Assembly: GCF_022539665.2 (NCBI RefSeq)
Contig: NC_081333.1
Coordinates: forward strand, 3,782,001 to 3,846,000
DNA length: 64,000 bases
Direction: 5' to 3'
Source of the DNA: Daphnia carinata
Taxonomy: Eukaryota
Each line of letters starts with the position of its first letter. Position 1 is the stretch's first letter. The position numbers were made by a program, and so were the translations under genes. This document shows, piece after piece, positions 38,304 through 52,000 of this stretch. The notes beneath the pieces were generated by a model that worked only from the letters and a program-made list of their open reading frames with translations, ran no database searches and was not told where the DNA came from.

Positions 38304-39316
38304 GGGTGGGCGCAATTGGAACACGCGGCAATTGAAACAAAAATTCTACCACTTAAAGTACGTAAGAGATTTGGTTTAAAAAATTTGAACTAACGGGAAT
38401 TAGGGTTCTACATTTTTAGAAAAAATTGGAGGCTTTAGAATTTAAAAGTTTTCGAATTATCCCAGAAAATTGTTTTTTGGCTGTCCATTTGTTGTTTTTT
38501 TGCAGACAATTTTTTCGTTTTCACACTGAAAACGATGGAGAAAATCATTAAAAAAGGTCTCCAATCATTCGTCATTCATTAAGCTATAAGTTGATCACAT
38601 TAATTTTTTTCTAGCTTAACTTTATCACCTATAAAAATTAAAACTCCGAGAAGACCCATGGTCGGAGCAATTGGAACACCTTGTTCCAATTGCGACCCTT
38701 CCGTATGCGCGTCTCCTTTACTGTAGTCTGGCAACGGTGTTCCCTACGCAGCGTATTAGCAGAGCTCTTTTTTCAATTATTGTTTATTTTGTGTTTTATT
38801 TCGTCTGCTGGGTGGCTGGCATTTATCGTCTGCCACAATGTTTTGTGCTTTTATTTACAACGTTGACGAAAGAAATTAAATTTTAAAAATTAAATTAAGG
38901 ACATTAACAACAATTATGATGTAAGGCCGGACATGCAATATTCGATTATAAAAATTTGATCTCCATACTATTAACCGTTCTTTGGATTACTAACGGTGTT
39001 CAGAACCTAATTCAGAAAACTACTAAAATTAATTAAATAATATTTATTTACTATAGAAACTTATAAAACATCTTAAAAAATAAAGATTAAAATTCTCTAT
39101 ATTACTGTAAAAAATTCATCAAAATACGTATCCCAGATTCTGAGATATCGTCATTTTAGTTTTTTCGTAAAACCGGGAGCTCTCTTATGGGAAAACCCAC
39201 GTTTCAACTGCCCAGACGCCCTGTTTCAATTGCCGAGTAGAATTGGCAATTGAAACAACTTGGGGTACCTCCGGTTTTTTACTCATAGCACACATTAAAC
39301 TTTGCCGAACCCACCC
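38304..39316. mobile_element. Putative non-autonomous DNA transposon (MITE-like) with an iterated 12-bp motif
   Basis: Ends GGGTGGG (38304) and CCCACCC (39316). GCAATTGRAACA occurs direct at 38312, 38328, 38667 and 39246 and inverted at 38682 and 39222, with a variant at 39201. AT-rich non-coding interior. Boundaries uncertain; no target-site duplication identified. Confidence 0.5.
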
Positions 39317-41781
39317 AAAAAAAATACGGTTATGTAGCTGACATAACTGGCTACAAATCTATATATTTTTTACTTTACTTGGACGATTTTTGTAATCGTA
39401 CGGAACAAAAATAAGTTTTGTGTTCCAACCACGCCCACCCTCCCCTACTAAACTCAGGTTCGCTTTGATGCTGGACGCTTTTTCAAAGTCATTTTTGGAA
39501 TGCCCCCGAGTGAAACAGCCCCGAAAATGAAATTTAATAGCCAACTCCCTCTATCGAAATAGCTTTATAGACTAAGGGAAACGAGTTAATTAATTGTACC
39601 AAGTTTTGTTTTTGGCCCTTGTCATGCAGGTCTACATCCGCGCTTTAGTCAAGTGGTTGAATTAGCCAAGCGCGGACAAGCTATCACGTTTCTAATAGTT
39701 GGCTATAGTATACACAAAATAGGATGAGAGTCAAGTGCGACTGCATTCAGGATCGGAGAGGTTGGTGACACTAAAAGGCTTTTCGAGCGAGTGCGCCGAG
39801 ATTAAGAAATGGCATCAATGCACACACGCCATCCAAAAGTCTAAATGAGTCCTTTCCCCAAAAGGCCCTGCTTGATTAAGAATGAGCAAAGCTCATTGTG
39901 GATCAATAGTCGGAAATAATTTGTCGGCATAAAAATAGAACGAGTGCAGAATTGAAAATCTTCTAAATTTATACATTCAATTTCAGTTATCAATACTCAC
40001 ATGAAAGGTGTAATCAATGACGTGAACATCGAGCGCGAATGACCACCCTTCTCCTTTTACAGACCTCTTTTTAAATCCACATCATTTGTCCGACATGTTC
40101 AGCAATTAAAAACACCCGAATTCACAATCAAAACAAACTGATTTTCAAACAATTTTTGGCCCACCCCCCCCGAGATAAAAAAAAACGTAGAACTTGGTTG
40201 ATCTGAGGATCAAAATGGAACTGGCCGATTGAAGTTCCAGTATCTTAGAACCGTATGGGGCATCGTCAGGCCTCCGACAGACGCAAAACAACTTCTTATA
40301 TAAGTTAGAACGACAAGTGGGTCGACTCCTTTGGCCTTTGCGACATCGCCTGCGCGTGCGTCTTTTACCTAAAGACCTTCCGCAATCGCCGCGTAGAGTA
40401 TTCATTGAATAAACGGGACCCTCTAAATTTAAAGTGCCCTGGAATTAACAAATACTCGACAAATCATCATGATTATTTAATTTATTAATCAAATTAATAG
40501 ACGAAAAGAAAGTGTTTTAATTTAGATTTATGGCATAGGGTTTCATCGACTCCAAGTGAAACCATTTCAATTCCATGCTTATTATCTCAAAAATTATAAA
40601 TTTGGCGTGAAAATAAAATCTATTTTCGTGATCGTCGTTTCATTTTGAATATCACGCAGATATTTTTATAGCAATATATTGATTTTTGTAAAAATAAATA
40701 ATAAAAAAAGTCGGGCTTATTTTGTCGGGCTTATTTTTCAAACCCAACTTTCTCTTCAAGGGGAGTGGGTGCCTAGAATTTTGACTTGGATTTCATATTC
40801 CATCTCTCCCGTTCTAAACTAATTTGACCGCTGATTCCGAATAAAATATTCGCTTTCCCATTAATTATGTAGATTTTTAAATAACAAATACTTCTAACCT
40901 ACCCACTTTGAATTTGAACTGATTATTTTTTTTATTTGATATGAAAACTTATACATTCTATTTTAGTGGCAAAATAAAAGCTTAACAATAAATTACACGT
41001 TTGATTCTTTTCTTTGATGTATTTCCATCCTTTGATACTTTTAAGAGCCACTGGAGTTTCTTCTATTATAGAGACAAGCGTGTGCCCTAGTCTCACGTGG
41101 CCTCTCGTTCAAACGCGTATAGACGTGACTCGAGAGGCCTTCCCATAATTTCTTTTTCGCAACAAGGAAAAGAAAACAAATATTATAGTGACACACAAAA
41201 TGCAATCGCTAAAAGAACATTACCAACACGATTGCTTTTATTGCTGTTGTTACGCCCCCGACAATTGCCGTTTGCTGAAGTCCACCTTGCAATGCAAAAA
41301 AGGGCGACATTGAAATTTCATTTTATGAGTCACGTACAAAGTTAGCAGCAAGTGGATTCATGGAACATTTAGCACCGGACAGTGTAGCTCTTCCGCGCTA
41401 GTCTTTTTTGGGTCAAGGATTGTTCCTTTCTTTCATATAGCGCATATACAAAACATTTTGTGACTTGTTGCAAAAGAAACACCTCATCAGCTTGAGCAAA
41501 TATTTGAAATCCTTGTACCAGATGACATTGCAAGAGCCCATTTAACCGAGATTACACTGTCGCCAATACGGACGCGATTTATAGCTGCAATGACCGTGGA
41601 TGGTAGCGAATGAATAGCGGAAATCGCTTAGAGTATAAGGCCGTTTCAATGGCAGCTCGCGTTTGTGTAAGAATGAGAGAGAAAGCGGGACAGTACGATG
41701 CAATCAAGTGATTTTAGCGAACTTCCTAAAAATTTAAAGACCTTGATTTTTTTTTTCCACAGGTTACAAGGAGTTTCTTCG

Positions 41782-41821
41782 TATAAATAGACGATGGTCA
41801 ACGCATTTTGCAACGACAGTT
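41782..41821 (+). promoter_or_regulatory. Core promoter (TATA box plus Inr-like element) of the small secreted peptide gene
   Basis: TATAAATA at 41782-41789; ACAGTT (arthropod Inr TCAGTY-like) about 30 nt later; ATG in caacATG context at 41853. Confidence 0.65.
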
Positions 41822-41852
41822 TCAACACGGCGACTAGCTGGACAGCTCCAAC

Positions 41853-42156
41853 ATGAATCGCAATCTGGTACGACAATTTTGTTAATATAATTCCAATCAA
41901 AACTACATCGTTTTTGCATTTAAATGTGTTAAAGATTGCAGTTTTCGCGCTCTTGGTGGCGATGTTGATTGCAGTGGATGGCAAACCTATTTTCGGTTTG
42001 CTGGACGGTCTGTTTGGTCATGATCATCATCATCATTACTACGATCACGGCCACCATGGTTACGGACATTACGGTGGTTATCCAGGTCTTTACGGAGGCT
42101 ACCCAATTGGCTACTATCCTCCTTACGGATACGGTGGCTATCATTACGGCAAATAA
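41853..42156 (+). CDS. Small secreted Gly/His/Tyr-rich protein (78 aa); exons 41853-41867 and 41935-42156
   Basis: ATG AAT CGC AAT CTG|gtacga, 67-nt intron, ttaaag|ATT GCA. Product MNRNLIAVFALLVAMLIAVDG-KPIFGLLDGLFGHDHHHHYYDHGHHGYGHYGGYPGLYGGYPIGYYPPYGYGGYHYGK with a hydrophobic signal peptide. TATA box upstream; AATAAA at 42152 and 42251. Confidence 0.85.
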
Positions 42157-42856
42157 AACAAAACCACGTTAAGGCCAACGACGAAGACATCACCTGTACA
42201 CATTTAATTTAAATATTCGATTGCAATGATTAGTATCCAATTTTTTGTTTAATAAAAAATTTTTAACTTGGAAAAATATCATTGAAAAACAAACAGTGGG
42301 GAAGAACTGATGATGGGTATTGATTTCGACAAGAACTTTACCATCAATCGGAGTGCACGTCATCAAAATCAAAAGGAAAATGGAAGTAGGCGCTTTTACT
42401 AACTTTGTAAATCGGAAAATGCAGAGGAAACTTTGAGCTAACTATGCCACGTCCGGCTACCTCCCTTTCTAGAAGCAAAAAGAAAATGTTTGTTTTCTTC
42501 TTTTGTTTTCATTTTGGGGACACGTTGTCAGCTAGCGTGATGCCCGTTGCTAGGGGGGCGTTGGTGCCAACGTTCCATTAAACAGCTTCCGGATCGGCAC
42601 ACCCGGCAAAAAGGGTTAACAGAAGCTCATCCGCATTTAGCGATTCACTTTGGCTCCTTGCGTTCCGATACACTTTCGTTTCCAGCGGAAACGAAAATAC
42701 ATTCGAAAAGGGGAAGGGGGGATATAGCATTACAGCAATAGAACAGCTTTTCGCGTTAAGCTTTGCGCGCACAGAACGTAAGGCTGCCTTTATTTTCTTT
42801 AGTCACATAACAGAGAAAACAAACTCGAGTAGCGATTGGAAGCAATTAACTTGTTA

Positions 42857-42862
42857 TTTATT
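42857..42862 (-). promoter_or_regulatory. Candidate polyadenylation signal (AATAAA) of mXR copy C
   Basis: tttatt on + about 200 nt downstream of the copy C stop; position only. Confidence 0.35.
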
Positions 42863-43060
42863 CAGCTGCTACTTCATGTTTATGTACACAAATAAGCCAC
42901 CAAAGAGCCTATCGAAAACATAACGTCATTCAAAGTTGCACATTCAATTTCGTGACCTAATAAAAGCTGACACGACTGTCGAGCGAAGTAAGTTTAAAAA
43001 CGTTTGATCATGTACAGAATAAAATCATTTCTAACGGAAAGCGATTGGCGGGCAATTGCT

Positions 43061-46000
43061 TTACAGGGAAACGTGACGAACGGCCGAAACGGGCGATTTG
43101 CTATGTCGACTACAAGTGATGGTGGAATGGCGATTCTTATCGTTCAGCATAATCCGGGACACGGAGATGGTGCCGCTAGTCGTCATCACTTTCACCGTCA
43201 AATCGCCTTCATTGTCTTGGCCGATTTCCGTTTGAATGAGTTGCGTTTGAACTTGTTGACCGGCTGAGGACGATGAAAGCAGTTGATTGTGCACAGCGGT
43301 GGACGACACCAGTTCTTTTGTGGGTTCTGGGCTTTTGTTTCCTCCTGAATAAGAGACGAATATCAATGTTTATTGATTTTAATTCAAGAGCGACAATAAC
43401 GAGGGATCATACCGTTAGTTGGTAAATGGCCGTTATTGGAACATGGGCCGTTTCTATGGTGGTGAATTGCCGACGTTTTGGCTGTTGGCACCGTCAAAGC
43501 CTGAGAGTTAAATTTGAGATTGTTTAAACTAAATTTTCTCGGAGGAATAAAGGGTCATACTTGTCGGACGTTGCGCTCGGGGTGGAAGATGATGATGTAA
43601 AGTTTCGGAGAAAAGAGGCAGGCCAGCGTGACGGTGGCGCTCAAACTGATGGTGACGCTCATGCTGGTGATCCTTAGCGGCAAATTACTCGCCGTGCTGC
43701 CATCAGCCATCATATGCAAAAGAGAATTGAAATAGGAGGGGGGGGGGATAAGGGTAATGGCGGTGAGTTTCACATGCAGTTAAGAGAAAAATCCAAAAAT
43801 TGGATGAATAAAGAAACCTGAAGTAGATGGGCACGAAGGCCAGCCAGATGACGCACGTTGTGTACATGGTGAACCCAATGTACTTTGACTCGTTAAAGGC
43901 GGCCGGTATTTTGCGTGTCACGACGGCGTAGATGGTGCACAGGAGAATCAAAAGAATCGGATATGCAAACGCCTGTCCACCAATCGAGTAATCAAATATT
44001 AGAATAATGTTGCAGCAATGCATTATCAACTCGTTTGCTTACCATCATGTAAGAAGCGTCGGTGAACGAGGAACAGACGAGCAGATTGTCCTCGCGTGTC
44101 GGGTGGACATGTTTAGCCACCGACGGAGAAACCCAGAGCCACGCTAGCAAAATGATTCCTAAACACATCGAACTGAAACTGTGAAACATCTAAAATCATA
44201 ACATAATAATATTATACAATTGTTAGCTACGAACGCACTTCTTAATTTGTCGAAGTCTTTTGGCTTTTCGTACGAGGGGAAAACAGCAAATTAATGCAAC
44301 ACTAATTCAAGTGAGAAGTTGAGAAATCGACAAGTTCTAAAATTAAGAGCGACAGATCCTTGGGGGGCGGGGGCACTGGGAAGAACTACCACAATGAAGA
44401 CATAGCATTGACGACTGTAGGAGAAATTAAATTTCCATTAGACGTTAAGTTCAAAAGTTCAGAAGGGAAGGCCCCTACTAAGAGAACCGAATTGAAAATA
44501 GCTCGCGCTCTAGTAGGAGTTGCATAACTCTTAAAAAGAAATCGAAGCAGGAATGGGGAAATTAATTTATCTCAAATTTGAAACAAGCACGTTCAACTTA
44601 AGCTCGTGTAAAGATTCCTGGCCGGGCTTTAATATTTTTGTCTTACTTACGAAAAAATAGAACCGGTCATGCGGACTATATCATCCAACACGCAAGGCTA
44701 AAGCGAATCCATATTTTTGATCTTCGAATTGGCCTAGAGACGTCCACCTACATTTGTGCGAAACAGGGCGAATACGCTGAAATATTCAGATTGAAAAATG
44801 CCAGCACATTTCATCGAAACATTTAACTTTTTCAATGAGAAAAATACCGAGCAGATGTGAATAGTTTTTCCAACTTTTGCCTGTCGTACTAAACAACACA
44901 GTTAATCGCCTGAAAGATGAAAGGAAAAAGGGCGGATTCTATCGTCCGTGTTCGTGCATAAAATTTGTTCTTTCTGTATGATGAAAGAAGAGACAGCTAT
45001 CTATGTATGGGAAATCAATTTGATTTGACCATGTAAATAGATTACATTCTGGCTGCATAAATACGACACGTTTTTCTTCCCGAAGTTCTTCAACGGAGAG
45101 CGGATTGCGTCGGTTTTGAATATGAAAACGGCGGATGGCAAATGGCGTGCAGTCGATATTGCAATCAGGTAAACGCTGACATTTACTTCTACTGGACAAA
45201 CCGGCCAGGGTAACACGATACTCATGTGTAAGCAATTGTTCGAAACAAGATCGTTTCATTTTTTTATACGACTAACACGATCGTTTTATGTCCGCATATA
45301 CAAATATTGGCTATTGAAAAACGCTTCAATTTGAATATGACGTGGCTTATTCAGAATCAGCTGGAAATGAATTGGAACTCCTGTGCGAAAGTCAGTGGAA
45401 TGGGCCTGTGATGAAGAGTTTTATGTCAAGCCAGAGGGAACTCTACGCTCTCCGTAACCTGGTGCAAAAGTAAAGGCTTTAGGCCATCACAACTAGTTTA
45501 TGTGGTACTCGTTAAGGAGACCTTTGCTGTTGGCAGGATGCCTAAGGGTTAAGTTATATACCCACGCGATGACCGACTTGATATCCAGAAACTTGTCGGA
45601 AAAAAAGACAGGAACTCCTTGGCAAACTTTTCTCTTAGCTCAAAATCAAAGGCCGATCACAACTAGCCGACGCGGATAAGTTTCACGGTTTAGATTGTGT
45701 AGAGAAATCAAACCTTGAACGCAAACCAGGCCACCACAGATGACCAGTTGCGATTTGGGTGAGATGAGTCCTGGTCGTCCGGCGGATTTCTTGCCACTGC
45801 GGAAGATGCGGGCGATGCGATTCGTTTTGGTAAACAGCGCGGCGTAGACGACGCTAAAACAAAGGCCAATGGCCGTTTGCTGGACTCCGCAAACAACGTC
45901 CGTTGGTCGCAGGACAAACAGGAAGGAGACCATGTAACAGAGCAGGATGCCACTGAGCAGGACGTAACTCAATTCTCGTCCAGATGCTCGCACCACAGGC

Positions 46001-49000
46001 GTGTCATTGTGTTGCAAAAACACAGCTAAAACCTGTCAGGTTCAATTGCGGATTTCATTCGTCTTTCGTTATGCATTTTAATTTCAAAAAATAAATGTGG
46101 TATTTTTACCGCGAAGGTGAGCAGAATGCCAATAGCCGAAAATGACATGGCTCCAATGGCCCATCCGGTGTCAGGTCGAAGGTAAACCTCGGGAATGGCT
46201 AGACATTGATTCCGTTCCGCGTTGGGTAGAGTGCCTTGCGGACAAGCAGAGCATTGCGTTTCATCATCCGGATTCCGGATCTGTTTTCAAAACGAATATT
46301 GACAATATGTTTTAGTGTCTTATTCCAGATGGCGTAGTCGTGCGCTTCTTCGCGTGCATTGTCTTAGTTATTCATCGACTTACACGACCAGTACTTCGTA
46401 TTGTAAGTGGATCGACTCGCGCTCGCAAGGCACCGCAATTTCCACGGGCTCAAAATTTAACATCACAGACAGTGACGAAAAACACACATGCAAACGTGAA
46501 ATACCTGATAGCTGACGCATTCGACGCACGTCCAGCAGCAACCTTCGCCTTCCACATACTTTTTCGCCTGCGAAGCGTTGCACGGCCGGCTGCAAATGGA
46601 CTCGGGTGGCATCACCTGATCCCCGCGGAATAGGAGCTCCTCTGTTTGTCCAAACGATCCATACCCAGCAAAAGAAACAAAAACAAAGGAAGAATATTAA
46701 ACTCGTGTTCTCTCTATGCACACTAAAAAAAAGATAAAAAGCGACACGCTATTTCAACATCATTAAAATAACAAGAACAATAACCCGATTCCAAGTGAAA
46801 GCCTTTTGCGCAATTCGTGACCTTTAATGGCACGTAGGTATAACAGGCAATCCATATCGCATATCGATATAACTCTTATCATTTTGAAAACCCCTTCCTC
46901 GCCAAACTAGCTGCAAACCAAATTATGCGATACAATGTGTTGCAGAACCCTATTAAGCCCATTCAACTTTCCAGATTATTTATAGCCAATATGCAGCATA
47001 AACCTATATGAGTCGCTTTATTTTTCATACACAAGTCCCGATGGTCTAGAGCTTCCGCTACCATTTCGTTCGCGCCCCCTTGTAATCCTGACAAATGTGG
47101 CAAACTTGATCAGACTATTTGTCAATGTCTTTAATGTTTACAAGCCATAGCGTGCCAGTCTCAACAGCAGGGTTTTCCCCATTCCGTACGCAAAAAAGAG
47201 GAACTAGAGCAGAATGCAGTTAATAGTATACAGTAAATAAGAAAAAAAAAATGAATTAAGGTATAGAGAGATAAATGAGGCGTAAGAGGAACGGACGGAA
47301 ATGGGTTAATGCCGACTAAATCCCCCTGTTTTGGTGGAGGCGTTGCGCAGAATAAAATGAGGTGGTTGTAATCTTCACGCATGCATCATTAGATGTCCTT
47401 TCATCAAAATGATTATGGTTGGAAGCCCATCTATCGAACTACGTAATTATGGGCCTACAAACAGCATCTTCCATTCATTGGAAAGAGAAATATTGCAAGG
47501 CACGCACAAGAGTGTTGCGTTTAGCAATCAAAATCAACAGGAAAAATGGGTTCGACAAATCGTACGTGGATGTTGGACCCCACTGAACGATGGAAAAGTT
47601 TTAACGTTGAGATCGCAAACAAGGAGGAAAAAAAAGGAATCACTGGCAGTAATCCTTTTCTTTTTAACGGACTGATGTCTCGATTCTAATAACAAAGCAA
47701 ATAGCTCTGCGGTTTAAATACTATCGTTAAATGCAAGGACGTATTGCTCAATTACAAGGATAACAACAAGTGAGACTACCGTTAGAAGCAGGGTCGTTTG
47801 AGTCGGTAAAAACGAGAAACATAATAACCAAGTCTTTCCTTGCATCTTAACTTTAATGACATCTTATGTTTGCATCCCCAGCAATCACCAAGTGTACAAA
47901 GAGAGTGGCCTTCGGAGCCCTCGATAAGCTGACGGCTAAGGTTTATCTTTTTTTTTTTTTTTTTTTTTTTGCAAAAGGATGGTATTGAACGTATAGCGTA
48001 TTGCTGGACAACATAGTGGATCGTGTTGTATGCAGTTATAACTGGGAAAGGTTGTGAAGGAGGGTCTACAGAGAGCAATAAAATACCGTTCATGTCGAGC
48101 TTCAGTTGTCCTGAGTGGTACTCGCCGACGCGGACCCATCGGTATCGACCGGGTGTGACCTGCTTGAAGTGGATCAGGTCGTATCGGGCAGGACCGTCTC
48201 CGTGATCGTCAAACTGGAAACGATCGCCACTCAATCCTGTCGAAAGACATTGTTCGATACAGAGGTTGAATTATGACATCATTCTTTACCCCCAAAGTGA
48301 TTCAAAATCTGAATACGATTACACACAAGAGCAGTATTCTATGCAGTATTTTATGAAATGACATCAACAAGAAATGGATAGCACTTACCTGTGAATTCGA
48401 CTCGTCTCAAGTACTTGAGCAATTCACTTCCATCAATGGGCACCATTTCTTTGCACAGACCTCGTTGGCCTTTGCAGACCGTCTGATGCATGTCCCTGAA
48501 AATGAAGTGGGAAAGGTACAAATAATAATTCGTGATCTACAGGCGGTTAGAAACAAATGACTAGCGGATTCACTATTTCCATGTGATTCCGAGAAAAGAA
48601 AGAAAGAGGGTGGGCGACAAACAGCAGTAAAAGCAAAAGTAGAATTCCTTTTGCAAAACGATACGACGTAACAAACAGCTGTTTTCAAATCGTGCCTAGG
48701 ATATCGTTAACGAACAAAATATTTTCCTTCCACGGAAACGAATGATGTAACAACTTAACCGCTACTTCCATTATTCCCATAGTAACACTCAATCCTCGTA
48801 CATCTAAAAATGTCTTACGATTTTTCTTTTTTAACCTCCGTATTGATTTTGGAACTATCAGATTCGTTCTCTCACCCTTTTCCATAAGCATTACAAATAA
48901 CTCCAAACCGAAAGCCTAAGGGGACTTTAAAGGAAGGGTTAGCTACGGTAGAGAGATATGTTTTTTTTTTCAGTGAGGCGGAAGCTATTTGCATGGCGAT

Positions 49001-52000
49001 GAAACGAGGGACTGGGTTCGGTAACCAGTACGTTTCATTTTTGAAAACGAAGAGAAAGGGAGAAGAAGAAAACACATTTTGACATTGTGAAACGAAGCGA
49101 AGTCGGATTTGGACACGTACTTGAAAGCGTTGGCAAAGGCCATGACGGCGTCGGAGACGTACTGCAATTGTCCCTCGAATTCGGTGCCTTCAGCAGTGAG
49201 TTTTTCTCGACCTGTACACATCCGGTGCCAATCCTGAAGAACGAAAATGGACGATTTTAACTCTTTAAGGTTCGTTTTTCTTTTTCTTTCTTAGATTTCG
49301 TTATAAGATATTAACCTGATTGTATGGCGTTGGTGGGCTAGAAGGGTAGCGACATTGAAAATGATTTTCCCAAAATTCTGTTTCAACAATTTCAAGAAGT
49401 AAATTAGTGCTAGGCGAATGATAAGGATAGAACAGAGAGAATGATTTTCGATAGGAAATCGACTCACCGATGAACCAGGGATTGCGCTTATTGTTCTGCG
49501 GCGTTAGCCCCAGGAAATAATTGTCGAATCCCTTGACCGGGTGAGCTTGGGGCAGGAATGCCAAAGTGCCCTCGACCTCTTGCTCATTGCCTTCGGAGAC
49601 GAGCAGACGTCCAGACCATCCGTCGGAGCCGATCCAGTTGAAATTGGCCGTCAGATTGTTGCGTCGGACGGCTCGCATCACACCCGACACCTCCTGATCC
49701 GAGCCAAAGATGATGACACCTTTGGCTTTGGGTTTCGAGTTGACTTTCTGGACGATGCCGTTGTAGGCCGCTTCGCCCGCCACCCCTGAATCCTTCACCA
49801 GACGCTCCCGGACGGCTATACAGATGTTGTTCTTGGCCAGGAGTACTTCCAGCTCTTCGAACGCCTGTGAAAATAAACACAGTTTTCTTGTGTGAATGTC
49901 TAGACGTAGTAAGTAATGAATCAACATTGGTAGAACCACGAAAAGGGGCTTGTAGAAGAACTGGATAAAAAGTTAAAGACAATCCATCGTTGTCATGGAA
50001 CAGCAAACTACTATTATCCATCAACTGTCTGAGTATGCTTGCACACTTTGATTCATCAACTGTCTAAATAACAGCCCTGGCCATCTGTGTAGCAATTGAG
50101 CCCTACAAAGAAACGTCTTGCGATTGGGGTCCAATCTGACCCCGTGCGTTATTTTCTTTGCGACAACAGTCGCACCATATTGTTCCAGCCGACAAATATT
50201 GACGTCCGTTGATTCACTATCGATCAAAGATGTCGTGTGGCCTATTCGTTTTCCGCACCCCATTTTGATCGATAAACATTGACTTTTTACGAAAACTGCT
50301 TTCGATCGTGTCTCAGTCGATATAGACATCCGTTTTCTGATCATTGCCCGTCGTTTCATGTAGTGAACCGGATTTGCGTTTATTGTCTGAAAAAGTTTGC
50401 AAAGAACCTCCAAAAAAAGGGGGGAAATTATATCTCCTATGGGCGTCGTTGATGTGCTGGCCGCAGTGACGAAAGAGAAACTTCAGGGGCCAGTAAAAGA
50501 AAGATCCACATGCTTTTCAAAGTATCAATCTTGTTCCGGCCGAAAGAAACTTTTTTTTTCCTTTGTAGTTGGCCGGCTTCAGCACGTTCGCTTATTTTCT
50601 CTCCCCCCCCCTCCCCCTTGCTTTCTTTTGTGTGTCTATAAATTTCTGTTGGTGTGGACATAACCAGGAAGTTGCGCAGCGAAGGAACGAGAGGCTGGGG
50701 GGGACAAGTTTGGGTTGATGGAACATTCGAGGAAAAGAGACTGGACGCAGACCAAAAGGATAATCTTAAATCATAAGATTCTATTCACTTACTACAGCTG
50801 GTTGGTATAATGTCGTACGTAACTATAAAAAAAAACCAGGACATTGGTGGCTGAACGAGGGTGGACATCATCAATTGGATGTGGACGATGTGCTGTCAAT
50901 TGCAAGTTATCGTTCGAGGAACCCCTGTTTCTTAACTTTTTTCAGAACAGCAGGAGATTATTGAAGTAATTCGTTTTCTAAATTGCCTGGTGGATCTCTC
51001 TGCTGTTTACGCGGAACAATATCATCACGCGAAACTGATGGGACAAAGAGAAAAGGAACTTACTTTGATGCCGTAGGTGGATTCTTCGTAGAGGATGGAG
51101 ATGTAGGTCCACTTGAGAAGACGGATGATTTGCACGATGGCCATCACCTGGTGATGATCAGAGGGAATAGTCCGAGTGAAGTATTCGAAGCGTTGCTTGT
51201 TACTCAGCTCGGGACTCGACGAGAAGAAGGAAACCTTTTGACAGCCACGAACCGTAAACATCAAACCCCATCCCCCCCCAAAAAAAAAAGGTGTTACGTT
51301 CGTCGTTAATAATAAAAAACACCGAATATACAGAATAAAGGATTTAAAGAAAGAAAATCACCTGGGGGATCCTAAAGAGTCGCAAAAGATTGGCCACTTG
51401 GATGGACGTCACGGACGATGAAGCGCCCACAACACCGGAGATGACTTTATTCCTCACATCCGGCACAGTTCCATCAAGACATTTGTAATCTGTATCATCG
51501 ATGTTGTTAATCGATCCTGGACACGTAAAAGGTGACGTTACTTTAGACGATTTCATTTGTTTTTTTCAAGAATGCCATCGATATTCATCCATCCCAACAA
51601 GTACTGGTCACGCGTCTGCGATCAATTAGACCAATAGATTCACATCTGTAATTAAACGTAATGGACTAACGAGGTTTTCGTCTTTGTTCGCGTGCTCGTT
51701 AGCAGCTTCTTCCAATCGAGAGTACGTCATCCGTGAGCGGCCAGCACTTTGCTGGCCGTCATGTGTACACAGAAACGTACGGGTGCGTTCATCCGACCGA
51801 ATTATTCGCTTTCAATAAGCTTTATTGTTTCATCTCTCCAGAGAGAAAGCCCCCCGCTCCTCCCCATAAGCCTTTTACGTAGCGCAATGTAGTTTCTTAG
51901 GTTATAAGCCCAGTCTGAAATGTTATGTCTCGGTTCTAGCGTTGCTCTCAACTTAAATACACTCACAATTCGAGTGTGACATCAGACAGTGTCCAGGTGA

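Noticed and set aside
51738..51758. 9-bp hairpin CGGCCAGCA-ctt-TGCTGGCCG in copy C intron 2
   Set aside because: Single short stem, absent from A and B, plausible by chance.
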